A DNA stretch of 63,800 nt, filler included, from Octopus bimaculoides (GCF_001194135.2; 5 parts of 5 records of this genome joined end to end with filler, not necessarily neighbours in it); one strand, 5' to 3'. Counted from the whole stretch's first letter, positions 35,190 to 48,975 are shown. Program-made: numbers and translations. The notes: a model not told the origin generated them from the sequence alone.

Positions 35190-38100
35190 CTTGTATATAC
35201 ATAGTTGTATTTAGGAATGGTCATGTTGCCAGTTTAGCCAATGAAATCACACACACTATATATTTGATGTTCACTTGCTTCAGCTTTATTTTATATTAAC
35301 TGTATTTCCGCCAGAGTTCTTTCATCACACTTCTGTGACCTCATCAGTGGTCCTTTGCTTTCTTCTTTCTTTTTTGTGTCTCTCCTTACTAATGATCTGC
35401 CAGTTTTTATTCCTATTGTATGTGTCTTTATTTGCACATGTGTATATGCCTGCGTGTGTCTATGTTTAGTAAGTGTGTGTGAGTTGGAATGTGCCTGCAT
35501 TATCAGTATCTCCAGTTTATACATGTTTGTTTAATTTTTATTTATTTTATTCATTTGTTTATATCTACTTACTTTTATATATATATGACAGGCCACTTTC
35601 AGTTTCTGTCTACCAAATCCAATCACAGGGCTTTGGTTGACCTGACACTATAGCAGAAAATACTTTCCTAAGGTGCTACACAGTGGGACTGAACCTGGAA
35701 CTATGCAGGTTCATCAGATAACACTATGTAGATTAGATTGGAGTTCTGCACGCTCATTTGATGATTTTCTGATGCTTAACCTCTTCTGCTAAGATTTTTA
35801 TTTTAATGTTTGATAACGTTTGCAGTGTAATTTCTGTGATCAATAAGGAAAGGCAGGCCCAACACAATATGCTGGAGGACACCACTAATCACCTTTGCTA
35901 GTCTTGAGTAAATACAAGTTGGCTTTTGTTTGCCACTACACTAGCTTTCCGTGGATTCCAGTGTTGGGTAATTTTTGCAGTGGAATGCTTAACAGCATTT
36001 CACCAGTCTTTATGTTCTGAGTTCAAATTCCACTGAGGTTGACTTTTCCTTTCATCCTTTTGGGGGTGGATAAAATGAATACCAGTTCGGCACTAGGGTC
36101 AATGTAATTGACTTATCCCCCCCCACACACACACACACATGAAATTACTAGCCTTGAGCCATTTAAATTAAATTTGAAACCAATTTGTTAGCACACTCTC
36201 AAAACGATGTGAGAGGTTAATGTGATTAGATGCTAATTCACTGAGAGTGATTGATTTCCCTTCAATATATATGTATGTGTGTTGGCAAGAAAGGTGAGCA
36301 GAATCTTATGAGCAGAATCGACACAGGAGGAGTTTCAAGCAAACAACTCTTCTTTATAAACATGTTTTTTGGTCATTTTCTGATGAACAATGCTAAAATT
36401 TTTGCCACCAAAAACATGTACAATGGTAGCTTAGATTAAAAGGAAATACTAACATTGCTCTAAAATGACCTCAAAATTGTATGACCCAGTCTCGTTTTGG
36501 TGTTAAACTTTGTTGCAAGGGATGGTTGCTGTGCAAAATACTTACTTTACGTTGGTAGCTGAAAAATTGCTCAATCTTTTGATATCTCATACAGCAATAT
36601 TGGCAACTCAGTTTCATGGCTACAAATTGGGTAGAAGCTGAAATAGTTCTTACCCATCCCATAATATTTCTTGATAACTGTGAACAACACACATATCCAT
36701 TAGCTTCCATAATGAAAAGGCCATGTTCAAAATTATTATGGTTCTCTGCAAGCATATTTGGTATCAGTTTATATCAATGTTGAGGCCAACAGAATAAAAA
36801 AGGGATTTTTTGGGATGTATGTATATGTACATATATAAGGATATGAGTAAACAGGGTGAGGGAAGTGGGCAGTTTGGCACAAATGTATAGGGATGCAGTG
36901 CTTCTTGAAAATAAATGGGTTGTGTCGGTATGCAGAGGTGGAGCAGTAGTAATGGAGTGATAAATGGCTTCATGGCTGATGAACGGTGAAAGCCTAAGCA
37001 ATAAAGTAAAGTATATTAATAAGTTGCACAAGTAAAGGACTTTGCAGAATCAGGCTGTCCATATCTTAAAACCAAAAGTTTTTTTAAAAAATCAAAAAAC
37101 AGTAGAAAGTTTTGGAATTAGGGGTGGGGAGTAGGGAGTAATATTTTTAAAATATTTTTATTGGATAATCATATTAATTTCATTATGTAGCAGACTGAAT
37201 AAAAAAAAGAATTGTGAAAATTCTTAAAAATGAAAAAAATTATGAGGAGTTTTAAAATGTGCTTCGATCAAAACTCTCCTGACATTTTTTTCCTTTTGTC
37301 ATTTGTGTTTGTGATGAGCATATTTAAAAATCTGATCTTCAATATAAACTTGAAAGGAAGTTTTTTTCAGAAACTGTTGTTTAGCTGTTGTTTCTAGCAT
37401 GTCAAAGGCAAAATTTGTGCCCCACAATTTCTTCAGGTTCCTATGTTTTCCATATAAGAGATTAGGATTATGGCCAAAAAACACGTTTTCAAAATTTGAA
37501 TTTCCCCACTCCCCAACCTAATTTTTAAATTTTAAACTTTTTCAAAAATTTTATTTTATTTTATTTTTTTTTTTTGTAATGCACGTAGAAAAATACAGAG
37601 ATTACGAGTCTTTAAGGATTTTAAAAAATAACTTTCTGAAAGAAACTCAATGTTTCTAGTATGTCGGGTTTTCTGGTGGTGGTCTGATATTTTTGACATC
37701 TGCTATTTCTGTAGAATTCTATGCATGTCTGAAACTTCAGACGAAAGTGAAACATTCTGAGTTTTTAGTNNNNNNNNNNNNNNNNNNNNNNNNNNNNNNN
37801 NNNNNNNNNNNNNNNNNNNNNNNNNNNNNNNNNNNNNNNNNNNNNNNNNNNNNNNNNNNNNNNNNNNNNNNNNNNNNNNNNNNNNNNNNNNNNNNNNNNN
37901 NNNNNNNNNNTGTATGTGGATTAAAAAGAATTTGAAAAAGTTAAAAGTTAAGAAATTATGGTGGGGAGGCAAGGGATTAAAATTTTGAAAATGTGATTTT
38001 TGGGCAAAATCGTATTCTCCTATGTCGAAAACATAGAAATCTGAAGAAATTTCAGAACCCCACCCACGAAGTGGGTGGTACAGAATAGGTACCAATAACT

Positions 38101-38644
38101 GTGCCAAAAAATAGCATGGTTTTTGGTAATTTTCCATTGATGAATAGGGTTTTGTGCATCACAAATGCACTCTTAACACTCCTTGTACATTGCTGCATTT
38201 TTCAACACCAAAAACATTAAAATTGGCAATGTAGATGAGAAACAAATCAAAATATTGCCCAAAAATGACCTCAAAATTGTGCGACCCAACATCATTTTCG
38301 AGGTTATTTTTGTAGTAAAAAAGAGATGCTGTGCAAAAAACATACTTTATTTCATACTTTATTTGATACTTTATACGTCAAAATTGGCAACTTGATTTTT
38401 GAATCCATAAGGAATATATGCAACACACACACACACACACGCACACACACACACACACACACAAACTCTGTTTTACAGATGTAGATAAATGTATGTATGT
38501 ATGTATGTATATATGTAAGTATGTATGCATGTACATAAATTCTCTCCTATGTTTTATTAGTTAAATTCTTCCTTTGAAGGAATTGGTTTCTAAACAAAGA
38601 TACAAAGCTCCATCATTGAAATGTAGATAACAAAAATCATGTTT

Positions 38645-41430
38645 CATTTTAAACTTGAGAAAAGTCTTGCATATTCTTACTGTTCTACTCACAGATTGTG
38701 TTTGTAGTGTATGAGTTACTTGGTAAGTTTGTTTTTCTGAAAATTCTAGCCTATCCAGATTGTTAGTTAGGCATTTACTTACAAAACCGAATGCAACAGT
38801 TATTGTTGGTTAAATGTAAGTTTGTAATCTGAGTATAGAAGCAGTTGTCCATAATTGTCTTCTTTCTCTTTGATTTTCAATGAGATATTCACATCAGCAG
38901 GACAGCTGGTCTCTATGATGGTACACACTTTTTCTTGTCTGTCCCAAACAACAATATCCAGCCCGTTATGCTTACACATGACAAATGTTTTGATGGGAAT
39001 GTTCCACTAGTATTCCTTGTGCTGATATTTGTGTAGATCTTCAATAACAGGGGAATATGCTATATTTTTTTCCAAAACAGCCTTTTATCTGGATAGCATT
39101 GTATATTGTTTTTGCAACAATGTCGTGTCACATCTGCTAAATACATGTGTGATGTGTTCTACAGAAAAATGTCATAATCTACATTTTTGGTTGCATCTTG
39201 CGGCCCCAACAGCTTCACTATCACCTTTAATTACTATTTCATAGCAATTTTCTGTTCTTTGATTGCAAATGCATAGCCTTCAAAGTGTGATGTAATGCAG
39301 TGATCATGAGTTCAAGAGAGGCTTCACTTCATGTCAATACTAATTTTTTCTTCAAGTTTTCAAGGAACATACAAATGTATGGTCTTGCTTGTTTTGTTTT
39401 TTTTTTCTTTGTTTTTTTGATATGCTGAACATTTCATATCCAGGTCTTCTTTGAGGTATTTTAGTCCAACTGTTTTGGCTTGTATGGGAAATCATCAGGA
39501 AGAAAGTACTTCTCAAGGAACTTGCTGCCAACACATAGGATATTGTTCTCTTCACTTTCCAGCACTAAATTAATGTATTTATTTTTGCTACTCTGTGTAG
39601 CAAGTGCTGTCTGAGAGAGACTGTGACATTCAATGCACTGATTTCAAGCCTCTACTGCCTTTATATCTTCTTAGATACAGCCTGCCAATGTCACTATTCC
39701 TGTGGAGATCGCCAGCTGATATCAATATCTTGTTAATTTTAACAACTATAGTGTGGATTCCCTCTACAGACCAGTCAGTGTTGGAATCAGCACTGGAGTG
39801 GCAAATGCATTATAGGCTATTGTCTTGTTGTAAGAGGAGAGTTTCAGCTGCCATATTTTGTAAAGTCTGGTGTAATATTCTAGGGTCAGTCCAGCTTTAT
39901 TCAGTGTTCCTGCATATGACATGTTTTCATCAGTGCCTAGGTACTTGTAGCATACTTTGTCTGTGACAGGAGAAATAGTGAGACCACTGATGCATAGGTT
40001 TTGGATCTATAGGACTGGTTTTCCCTGTTCAACAATCACATATGAACATTTCTTGTGGCCAAATTCCATTAATATGTTAGCTGAAAATATTATTAATTCC
40101 AGCTGATATTGGCATTGTTAATATTTTCAGCATAAATCTTGAGGGTATCTATAAAGAAATGATGGGCAACATTAATATCTCTTGAAGTTGCAGACCCTGG
40201 TGTGTAGTCATTTGATTTTTGTAGCAGGAATGACAATGGATTCAATGCCAAGATGAACAGAATTACAGAAAGACTATCTCCTTGGAATATTCCCTTTGAA
40301 ATGTTTATAACATTGGAGATAATCGTTCTGTTCTTAGTACTAAGTGTAAGAATCATTGCCCAGGTCTTTGTAAGCTTTTCAATGACTGCAATTAAGATAG
40401 CAGGCACTTTTGCCAAATGGAGACACTTCAGCAGCCATGAATGGGAATAGAGTCAAATGGCTTCCTATAATCAGGCCATACTGTTGTAAGGCTCCTATGA
40501 TTTGTTGTTGTTGTTGTTGTTGTTTTTTACCTCAGACAGTACAGCTTTGTTTATCAAAAGTTGTACAGCACATATTCACACCCCCTTCTTCCTGCTGCAT
40601 GCTCATCAGTCATTATGTCATTGAACTTACAATGATCCGAGAGGAATTGATTGAGGCAGCTTGTATACAGTTTGTACATAATATTTAAGCAAGCTGCAGG
40701 TTAATAATTTTCAGCCTACTCAGTGGTTTCATTCTTGGCTACAAGATTTGTCCTTGCTATAGCAGGCTAATTTGGTATGCCAATCTGACCTTCCATAGTG
40801 TTTTTGAATATCCATGTAAGTGGTTTTCTGCTAAATGTCAACCTCTAATACCACTATCCAACTATCAGGTCCCTTCCAGTTATCTTCCCATTATGCAGTT
40901 TGCCTATAACTACAGGGGAAATTTTCTGGGTCAATTGCATATGTTTTACTGTTGATGCTGGTATGCTCTCTTTACTGCATTTAGCCATGTTGCATTAAGG
41001 TTGAGATCCCTCTTTTCATTCCAGATTTTCAAACAGGAGGATTCAAAATGTCTGTGGGTTAGAAGCAAACTTGTGATTTATACAAGCTTATTTAAAAGTT
41101 TGCCTACGGTAGCGAAGATTTTCACTCCGTGTCTTAAGTTCATGTTTTAGAGTAATTAACCTTCTCTCAAGAGCCTATTGTGCAGAGTCACAGCAGGTTT
41201 TGTTAATTTGTTCATAAGATGTAACTCATGAAGTATAAACTCCCTTACATTTTATTATCGTAGTTAGCCATCCAATATGGCAGTGTAGCTTGTTGATGTT
41301 TTCTTTGAGTCATGTTTTCCAACTAAGTTGCTTCTGTTTAGTGGTTTCATTATCATGTATGCTGCAAATTTCTCCTAGGTGTTCTTTAGGAGTGATAGCA
41401 ACTGTGTATTTGATGGTATTAATTTTCCAG
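38645..41430 (-). mobile_element. Degenerate R4/Dong-type (restriction-like endonuclease) non-LTR retrotransposon: RT, CCHC and RLE domains
   Basis: Ordered minus-strand motifs: NWKGPD, ACLNIMYKLYTSCL, QLLINKAVL, GIFQGDSLS, MEFGHKKC, YKYLG, SDIGRLYLRRYKGSRGL, KCRL..EHITH...C, HNGLDIVVWD, CPADVNISLKIKEKEDNY. Many stops and frameshifts. Confidence 0.85.
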
Positions 41431-41436
41431 TAACTT

Positions 41437-41821
41437 ACATGTATGTATGTATGTATGTATGTATGTATGTATGTATGTATCTATGTATGTACGTACATAC
41501 ATACGTATGTATGTATGCATGTATTTGTGTATGTATGTATGTGTGTATGTGTGTATGTACGTATGTGTATGTGTATGTGTGTATGTATGTATATGTGTGC
41601 GTGTTTATGTATGTATGTATGTATGCATGCATGTATGTATGTATGCTTGTGTGTATGTGTTTATATGTTTATGTGTATGTGTACATGTATGTATGTGTGT
41701 ATATATGTATGTGTATGCGTATATGTGTGTATGTATATATGTATGTGTGTATGTGTTTGTGTGCATGTGTATGTGTGTATATGTGTATACATGTATGTAT
41801 GTATATATGTGTGTGTATGTA

Positions 41822-41857
<36 letters not shown>

Positions 41858-41880
41858 TGTATGTATGCACATATGGATGT
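41437..41880. repeat. Compound (TATG)/(TG) microsatellite; many shorter TA, CA, CAT, TAA, CCA and GATA tracts occur throughout the window
   Basis: Directly visible. Confidence 0.95.
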
Positions 41881-41959
41881 ATGTTATGTTATAAAGAAAA
41901 TCATGCTGGATTTCAAGATGAAAAAGAAACAAATGTTTCTTTGATCTTAATAGAGATAG

Positions 41960-42591
41960 TTAATCAAGATAATATTTCCCCTCATTATTGATAACATAAT
42001 CCCATCTACTTAGCAAATTGTTGATCCCTTGGGCTAAAATTCTTCAGGTTTCAAATCAAAGAAGCACTGAGTATAATTTTTAATATCTTCATCATTAATA
42101 AAAATTTTCCCCTCCAAATAATATTGCAATGATCTGAAAAGATGATAGTCAGATAGAACAAGGTCAGGAGAGCAAGAAGGATGAGGTAAAAATTCCATAA
42201 TTAGTGCAATAATCTTTTCCTGAGTGACTCAGGCAATATGTGATCTTGCACTTGACAGCAATATTTCTCCACCATAACTGTTTCATTTTGGTTCAACACT
42301 TCATGATCAATGACACGCTTCATATCCCATCAAATACAGAGCATAACTTTTTTCAGATGTAGCTCTGTTTTGGGGATGAGCTCTCTGTTTTCATTGTGAG
42401 TTACCCATTGTTACTTTCATTGCATATGATTATAGAGGAGCCACTTTCCATCACTTGCGATAATTCTTCTCTAGAATGGTTCTACTCATCAATAACAAAC
42501 AAAGGCAACTTTTTGATCAAACTGAGACACGCTTCATATCCCATCAAATACAGAGCATAACTTTTTTCAGATGTAGCTCTGTTTTGGGGAT
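41960..42591 (-). mobile_element. Mariner transposase relic
   Basis: RIIASDGKWLLYN, KKVMLCI*WD, LPHPSCSPDLVLSDYHLFRSLQ, GINNLLSRWDYVINNEG. Confidence 0.85.
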
Positions 42592-42692
42592 NNNNNNNNN
42601 NNNNNNNNNNNNNNNNNNNNNNNNNNNNNNNNNNNTTAATTAATTAANNNNNNNNNNNNNNNNNNNNNNNNNNNNNNNNNNNNNNNNNNNNG

Positions 42693-42744
<52 letters not shown>

Positions 42745-43086
42745 TGTGTGTGTGTGTGTGTGTCCCACCATCACCGCTTGACAACTGGTGCTAGTGTGTT
42801 CATATACTCGTAACTTGGCGGTCCGGTAAAAGACAGTGATAGAATAAATACCAGACTTTTAAAAACATAAATGCTGGGATTGATACATTTGACTAGAAAT
42901 TCTTCTAGGCCGTGTCCCAGCATGGCCGCAATCTAATGACTGGAACACGTAACATATAAAAGATAAAAGCTATCCTGGGGTAAGCACACAACCAATGCTG
43001 AGCTTGCTAACCTACCACCAATAACAACGGCACTGACTCAACCAAGATTATTGAGGTTGTAGAGATGAGGAGAAAGTACATCAGTT

Positions 43087-43100
43087 GTTGCTATGGAAAC
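43087..43100. promoter_or_regulatory. Candidate RFX X-box
   Basis: GTTGCTATGGAAAC, a near-consensus X-box in unique intronic DNA. Motif evidence only. Confidence 0.3.
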
Positions 43101-43344
43101 CTACTCAAAGTAAATGATCAAGACGAAGACCTCAATTGACCAATTGGGATATAAAACACAGGGATAAAATTAAAAACACATCCTGCTCCAATAAAGAAGG
43201 CAACCCTGTCTAGTGAATGAAGGTCACTTGTTGGTTGTCCAAGTTCGCTCATAGAAGAAAAAAGAAATGCACCAGTAATTAAGTTGTGTCCAGGACACAC
43301 TGATTCAATGTGAGAACTACTTTAAAGGTATACATGTCTGAAAT

Positions 43345-44345
43345 TTGGGGACGGTGTGTATTTAGCCGATGACATCGACCTCAGTGCTTGACAAGCCCTT
43401 ATTTTATCAATCCCCAAAAGGATGAAAGGAAAAGTCGAGCCTGGTTGAATTCGAACTCAGAATGCAAGGACAGACAAAATGTTACTAAGCATGCTAACAA
43501 TTCTGCCAACTCACCACCTTCTTCTTCTTCTTCTTCTTAATAATAATAATAACAATAATAATAACAATAATAATAACAATAATAATAACAATAATAATAA
43601 TAATGATATCGGTTTCAAATTTTGGCACAAGGCCAGCAATTTCGGGGGAGGGGTTAAGTCGACTCCATCGACCCCAGTGTTCAACTGGTACTTACTTTAT
43701 CGACCCTGAAAGGATGAAAGGCAAAGTCGTCCTCGGCAGAAATTGAACTCAGAGCATAAAGATGGACGAAATACCACTAGGTATTCAACCCGGTGTGCTC
43801 ATGATTCTGCCAGCTTATATCGCTTTAATAACGGTTTCAATTTTTAGCACAAGGTCAGCAAATTTCGGGGAGTGGTTAAGTTTGATTACATCGACCCAAG
43901 TACTCAGCTGGTACTTATTTCATCAACCCCCAAAAGAATGAAAGGCAGTGTTGACCTCGGCAGAATTTCAACTCAAAATATGAAGACAGGCGAAACGCCG
44001 CTGAGCATTCAGCTTGGAATACAAACAATTCTGCCAGCTCGCTGCTTTAATAATAATAAAAATCCATTCTACTCCAGGCACAAGGCCTGAAATTTGGGGG
44101 AGGGGCGTAGTCAGTTACATCAACCCCCAATACTCAACTGGTACTTATTTTATTGACCACCAAAAGGGTAAGAGGCAAAGTCGACCTCATTTTTAATATA
44201 GGCACGATGCCTCAAATTTGAGAAAGGAGGCGGGTTGATTTCATCAACCGCATTATTTCACTGGTACTTTATTTTATCCACCCTAGAGGAATGTAAGAGA
44301 AAGTTGACTTCAGTAAGGTCTGAACTCAGAATGTAAAGATTTGGA
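43345..44345 (-). mobile_element. Head-to-tail cluster of five family C SINEs
   Basis: Copies at about 43345-43520, 43611-43818, 43833-44045, 44062-44190 and 44200-44345, all minus strand, separated by AAT-rich tracts. Confidence 0.8.
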
Positions 44346-44853
44346 TAATTATCTTTTTCTTTTACAGCCACAAGGTGACGACAGCATTACAGAACAGGTC
44401 AGAAAAAGTGTGGGAGGTTTACATTAGAAATTTGTATCAATTAAGAGCGGTAAAGAGGAAAAAAAAAGCAAAGGAAACGAAAAAGGAGAAAAAAATGATG
44501 ACAAGGAAAATGTGATAGAAAATATTGAAATATGTGATTAATAATAAAATCAATATTTGGGAGGAAAATTGTTTGCTTATGTAAGCAGCGGAATCTGAAA
44601 ATGTCATGTGAACAATTAACAAGCGCTGTGAATGTTTGGCTCTCACCCTGGCACCTTAGTACAATTAATCATCGCCATCATTATCATCATCAGCAGCAGC
44701 AGCAGCACCACCACCACCACCATCTTCATCACCACCAGCATCATTTGTCTACTGCAAACAGTCAACCATTTAAAGCAATGGGAATACGGCTTCTGCATTA
44801 GATATGGCAAATTAGCTGCATTACGCATGCACATTTATCTCCCCCTCTCTCTC

Positions 44854-44888
<35 letters not shown>

Positions 44889-45204
44889 GTGATGCATCAA
44901 ACACTGTGGCTAAGGGCTACTGCAAGCTGACTCAGCCAGCATGTTTATAGTTTTTTTTGTCAATTCCAAGAAATTTTCTCGATGACAAAATGCAGTTCAA
45001 ATATGCCTGAAGCATATTTGTACTGGTAACTAGTTTTGTCACACATACATAGGCACACATATATGCTGTTGTAAATATTTGAGTTTTCTACAGTTATATA
45101 TATTAATGATTTCTCTCTCTATGTATTTAATGAATGCATGCATGTATTCATCTTCATGTGTGTGTCTGTGTGTGTGCATGCATATGTTTGTGTGTGTCTG
45201 TATG

Positions 45205-45238
<34 letters not shown>

Positions 45239-45557
45239 AGTGTGTGTATGTAATATAAATGTTAACATATGGTTGTTCTCAGATAAAATAAAATATTTGA
45301 AATATGACAAAGAACTTATTTAGAGATGCCTTTATTGTATATCTATATAAAAGCACATACATACATATATACACAAACATCGAGTGTAACACAATTTTTA
45401 GAGAAAGTTATGCCATATCTCTGTGCATTATGTGAAACAAATAAAAAGGCTTGCTGCCATAAAGGGCAACTGGCCATTTAATACTCCCAGAAAAAAATAC
45501 CATTTCACATCCTACGCCAACATGGAAAAACAAATGCAAAAACAAAGATAAGCATGG

Positions 45558-45590
<33 letters not shown>

Positions 45591-46345
45591 NNNNNNNNNN
45601 NNNNNNNNNNNNNNNNNNNNNNNNNNNNNNNNNNNNNNNNNNNNNNNNNNNNNNNNNNNNNNNNNNNNNNNNNNNNNNNNNNNNNNNNNNNNNNNNNNNN
45701 NNNNNNNNNNNNNNNNNNNNNNNNNNNNNNNNNNNNNNNNNNNNNNNNNNNNNNNNNNNNNNNNNNNNNNNNNNNNNNNNNNNNNNNNNNNNNNNNNNNN
45801 NNNNNNNNNNNNNNNNNNNNNNNNNNNNNNNNNNNNNNNNNNNNNNNNNNNNNNNNNNNNNNNNNNNNNNNNNNNNNNNNNNNNNNNNNNNNNNNNNNNN
45901 NNNNNNNNNNNNNNNNNNNNNNNNNNNNNNNNNNNNATATATCGTTGATATTGCGCACAAGTGCCGTAAGTCCAAAACGTTGCTTTTTCAAGAAACGAAA
46001 ACGTAGTTTCACCATTCCATTTCTTTTTACATTAGCAACAGTTTCAGCTTAACAATAATTCTTTGTTGGGTGCACAAAAGCGGAATTCCATGCATGTATG
46101 ATATTTTCAGTGAGAAATATTTATACAAAACTGTCGACTGTGAGATTTACTACACTTGAAAAATGCTAAACCGTTGTACAACTCTGACAATTTTCTTATA
46201 TTGGCATCTGATGTAGCTGGAGATACGATAGTTTGACCAAAAGAACCAGCTATTGCAAGCAAAATTAAATATTGAAAAAACAAAAAAAGCATTTGGCTGA
46301 TTTTGGACATACGACAGTTTAATATAATAGCAACGATATATATAA

Positions 46346-46852
46346 TCTTAATATAAATTTGAGGGATGGTTCTCTGTCCGTTACGTTTTTATATTCGTTA
46401 ACTCCTCCAAGACCGTTGGTGCAAAGACAACGAAATGCAAACCAACAACTCCCCTAATCACAAGGAATGTCCTAAGGGGAGTCTATTTTTTTAAGGGTCG
46501 CCTAATTGGGGCTCCACTAATCCCTTATTTTTACTACATTTTAAACTAAATACATGGCATTGGCGACCAAATCAGAGCAATCACATGAATTTCATACAAT
46601 GAACTCCCAGCCAGTATCGTAAGAAGGTTTAATTTCTGAATAGCCGCTTAAATGGGGCCCCACTAACCCCCGTATTTTTACTGCATTTAACTCGCTCCTA
46701 TGCTTATTGATTAAACTGTGATCAGCATCAGCGCTTAGCACATTTGCAGAAATAAGTTTCATTACAGGATAGAGGAGCCGAAGGTTTCAAAAGTGTCCTC
46801 CACAGGAGCTAGCCTGAATGCTTCCCGAAGGGGGGGGGGGCTTCAAGGCTAG
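46346..46852 (+). mobile_element. Probable non-autonomous Helitron
   Basis: A|TC start, terminal hairpin agcctgaa...ttcaaggct, and CTAG|T end within TA-rich DNA. Confidence 0.55.
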
Positions 46853-47351
46853 TATATATATAATTCATCCTTATCGTTGTTTTCATCATGTCAACCGTTA
46901 ACCCCCAACACATATTTTGTTTTTCCATTTTTTTCTCCCTCTCAAAGAGTNNNNNNNNNNNNNNNNNNNNNNNNNNNNNNNNNNNNNNNNNNNNNNNNNN
47001 NNNNNNNNNNNNNNNNNNNNNNNNNNNNNNNNNNNNNNNNNNNNNNNNNNNNNNNNNNNNNNNNNNNNNNNNNNNNNNNNNNNNNNNNNNNNNNNNNNNN
47101 NNNNNNNNNNNNNNNNNNNNNNNNNNNNNNNNNNNNNNNNNNNNNNNNNNNNNNNNNNNNNNNNNNNNNNNNNNNNNNNNNNNNNNNNNNNNNNNNNNNN
47201 NNNNNNNNNNNNNNNNNNNNNNNNNNNNNNNNNNNNNNNNNNNNNNNNNNNNNNNNNNNNNNNNNNNNNNNNNNNNNNNNNNNNNNNNNNNNNNNNNNNN
47301 NNNNNNNNNNNNNNNNNNNNCACACACACACACACACGTAGACATACATAC

Positions 47352-47562
47352 ACAGAAGGGTGTGCTGAAAAGTTCCTGGCTTTAAGGGTGTTGTGAAAGA
47401 CTTTGTCGGAGGCCCAACCTTCTGAGGGCTTAGAAAAACTGAAGGACCGCTGCAATAAGTGTGTGAATCTGAGAAGGGAATATGTTGAATGAAATCATAA
47501 TTAACTGATCCTCCTGTATTTTCTTTTACCGGCAGCCAGAAACTTTTCAGCACCCCATTGTA
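47352..47562 (+). mobile_element. Internally deleted mariner (MITE)
   Basis: TIRs gtgctgaaaagttcctggct / agccagaaacttttcagcac, ending in TA. Retains the transposase C-terminus EGLEKLKDRCNKCVNLRREYVE*. Confidence 0.8.
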
Positions 47563-48239
47563 GTCTTGGATAAAGAGTACCAGACTCAAAGACAGGATAG
47601 CCACAGTTGAAACTCAGCATGATCAGGAATATTAATTACTGGAGGGTGTTGTGAGGCTGGGCATGGGGAAGGAGGGTGTGGACGATCGTCGTCAACAACG
47701 ACAACAAGACTTTCTTTGATGGTAAGTGTCCTCCAGCTGGATTGCCCAAGGGCTAAATCACAACATCACCAACGAGCCACCAGGAGCATAATGGAAAAAT
47801 ATAAACAACAATCACAACAAGAGCAACCACCAGCACCACTACCAGCACCACTACCAGCACCACAACCAACACCACTAACACTACTACTACCACCACCACC
47901 ACCACCACCACCACCATCATCATCAGCAATTCTCATCAAATGATAGGAAAAACCTTTCAAAGATTTACAACAAAAGGAGTTGATAGAGAGAGTGGGGGTG
48001 TGGGTGGGGAAGAGTATAAAACACTTGTCGGTAAAGTGGATAAGTAAATCTTGGAGTGTTGTCGACATTGATGTTGATGTTGTTGTTGTTGTAGCAGTAT
48101 AATGTAGTCAGACATTAATTTCTCATTTAAACCAAAAGCTTATTACTTTGAAACGATGGTTGGCTGGTTCGGCGGTTGGTTCAGCGGCTGGCTGGCTGGC
48201 TGGCTGGTTGGTTGGTTGGATGGCAGTTTTCTTGGCATT

Positions 48240-48467
48240 AATTAATCATCAGCATCATCATCATCATCATCATCATCATCATAGTCTCTATTATCCATAT
48301 ATAACCATCATCATTATCATGGTAGTGACTGTGAGAGTCATCACCCCCTACTATCATCATCATCATCGATATAAAATATCACCATCATCATCATCATCGT
48401 TATCGTCAACAGCATCACCTTCATTGTTATCATTATCATCGTCATCACTATCGTTGTCATTGCCTGC

Positions 48468-48501
<34 letters not shown>

Positions 48502-48975
48502 CCACNNNNNNNNNNNNNNNNNNNNNNNNNNNNNNNNNNNNNNNNNNNNNNNNNNNNNNNNNNNNNNNNNNNNNNNNNNNNNNNNNNNNNNNNNNNNNNN
48601 NNNNNNNNNNNNNNNNNNNNNNNNNNNNNNNNNNNNNNNNNNNNNNNNNNNNNNNNNNNNNNNNNNNNNNNNNNNNNNNNNNNNCCATCACCATAATATC
48701 ACTATTGTTAACACCATCAGCATCATCGTAATAATAATATCACCATTGTGAACATCATCATCATCATCATCATCATAATATCATAATTGTCATCGTCATC
48801 ATCATCATCATATCAGCATTGTTAACATCATCGTCATCATCATCATCATCATCATAATATCATAATTGTCATCGTCATCATCATCATCATATCAGCATTG
48901 TTAACATCATCGTCATCATCATCATCATATCACCATTCTTAACATCATTGTCGTCATCATCATCATCACTATCAC
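48240..48975. repeat. Degenerate (CAT)n block
   Basis: Directly visible; interrupted by an N gap. Confidence 0.9.

Noticed and set aside
36975-37000. CTGATGA acggt GAAA hammerhead-like core
   Set aside because: No stem III/NUH site and no stem I complement.
36440-38400. Old direct and inverted AT-rich repeats (36465 vs 38265; 37420-37560 vs 37920-38060)
   Set aside because: Probably decayed DNA-transposon ends, but I could not define termini, TSD or coding remnants, so no call is made.
42526-42591. Exact 66-bp duplication of 42313-42378
   Set aside because: It ends precisely at a contig edge inside a mariner relic; more likely an assembly overlap than a real duplication.
44368-44397. Possible microexon PQGDDSITEQ after a good acceptor (ttttcttttacag)
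   Set aside because: Phase 0, incompatible with the phase-1 donor at 23897, and with a weak donor. Making it fit needs a chain of unsupported exons.
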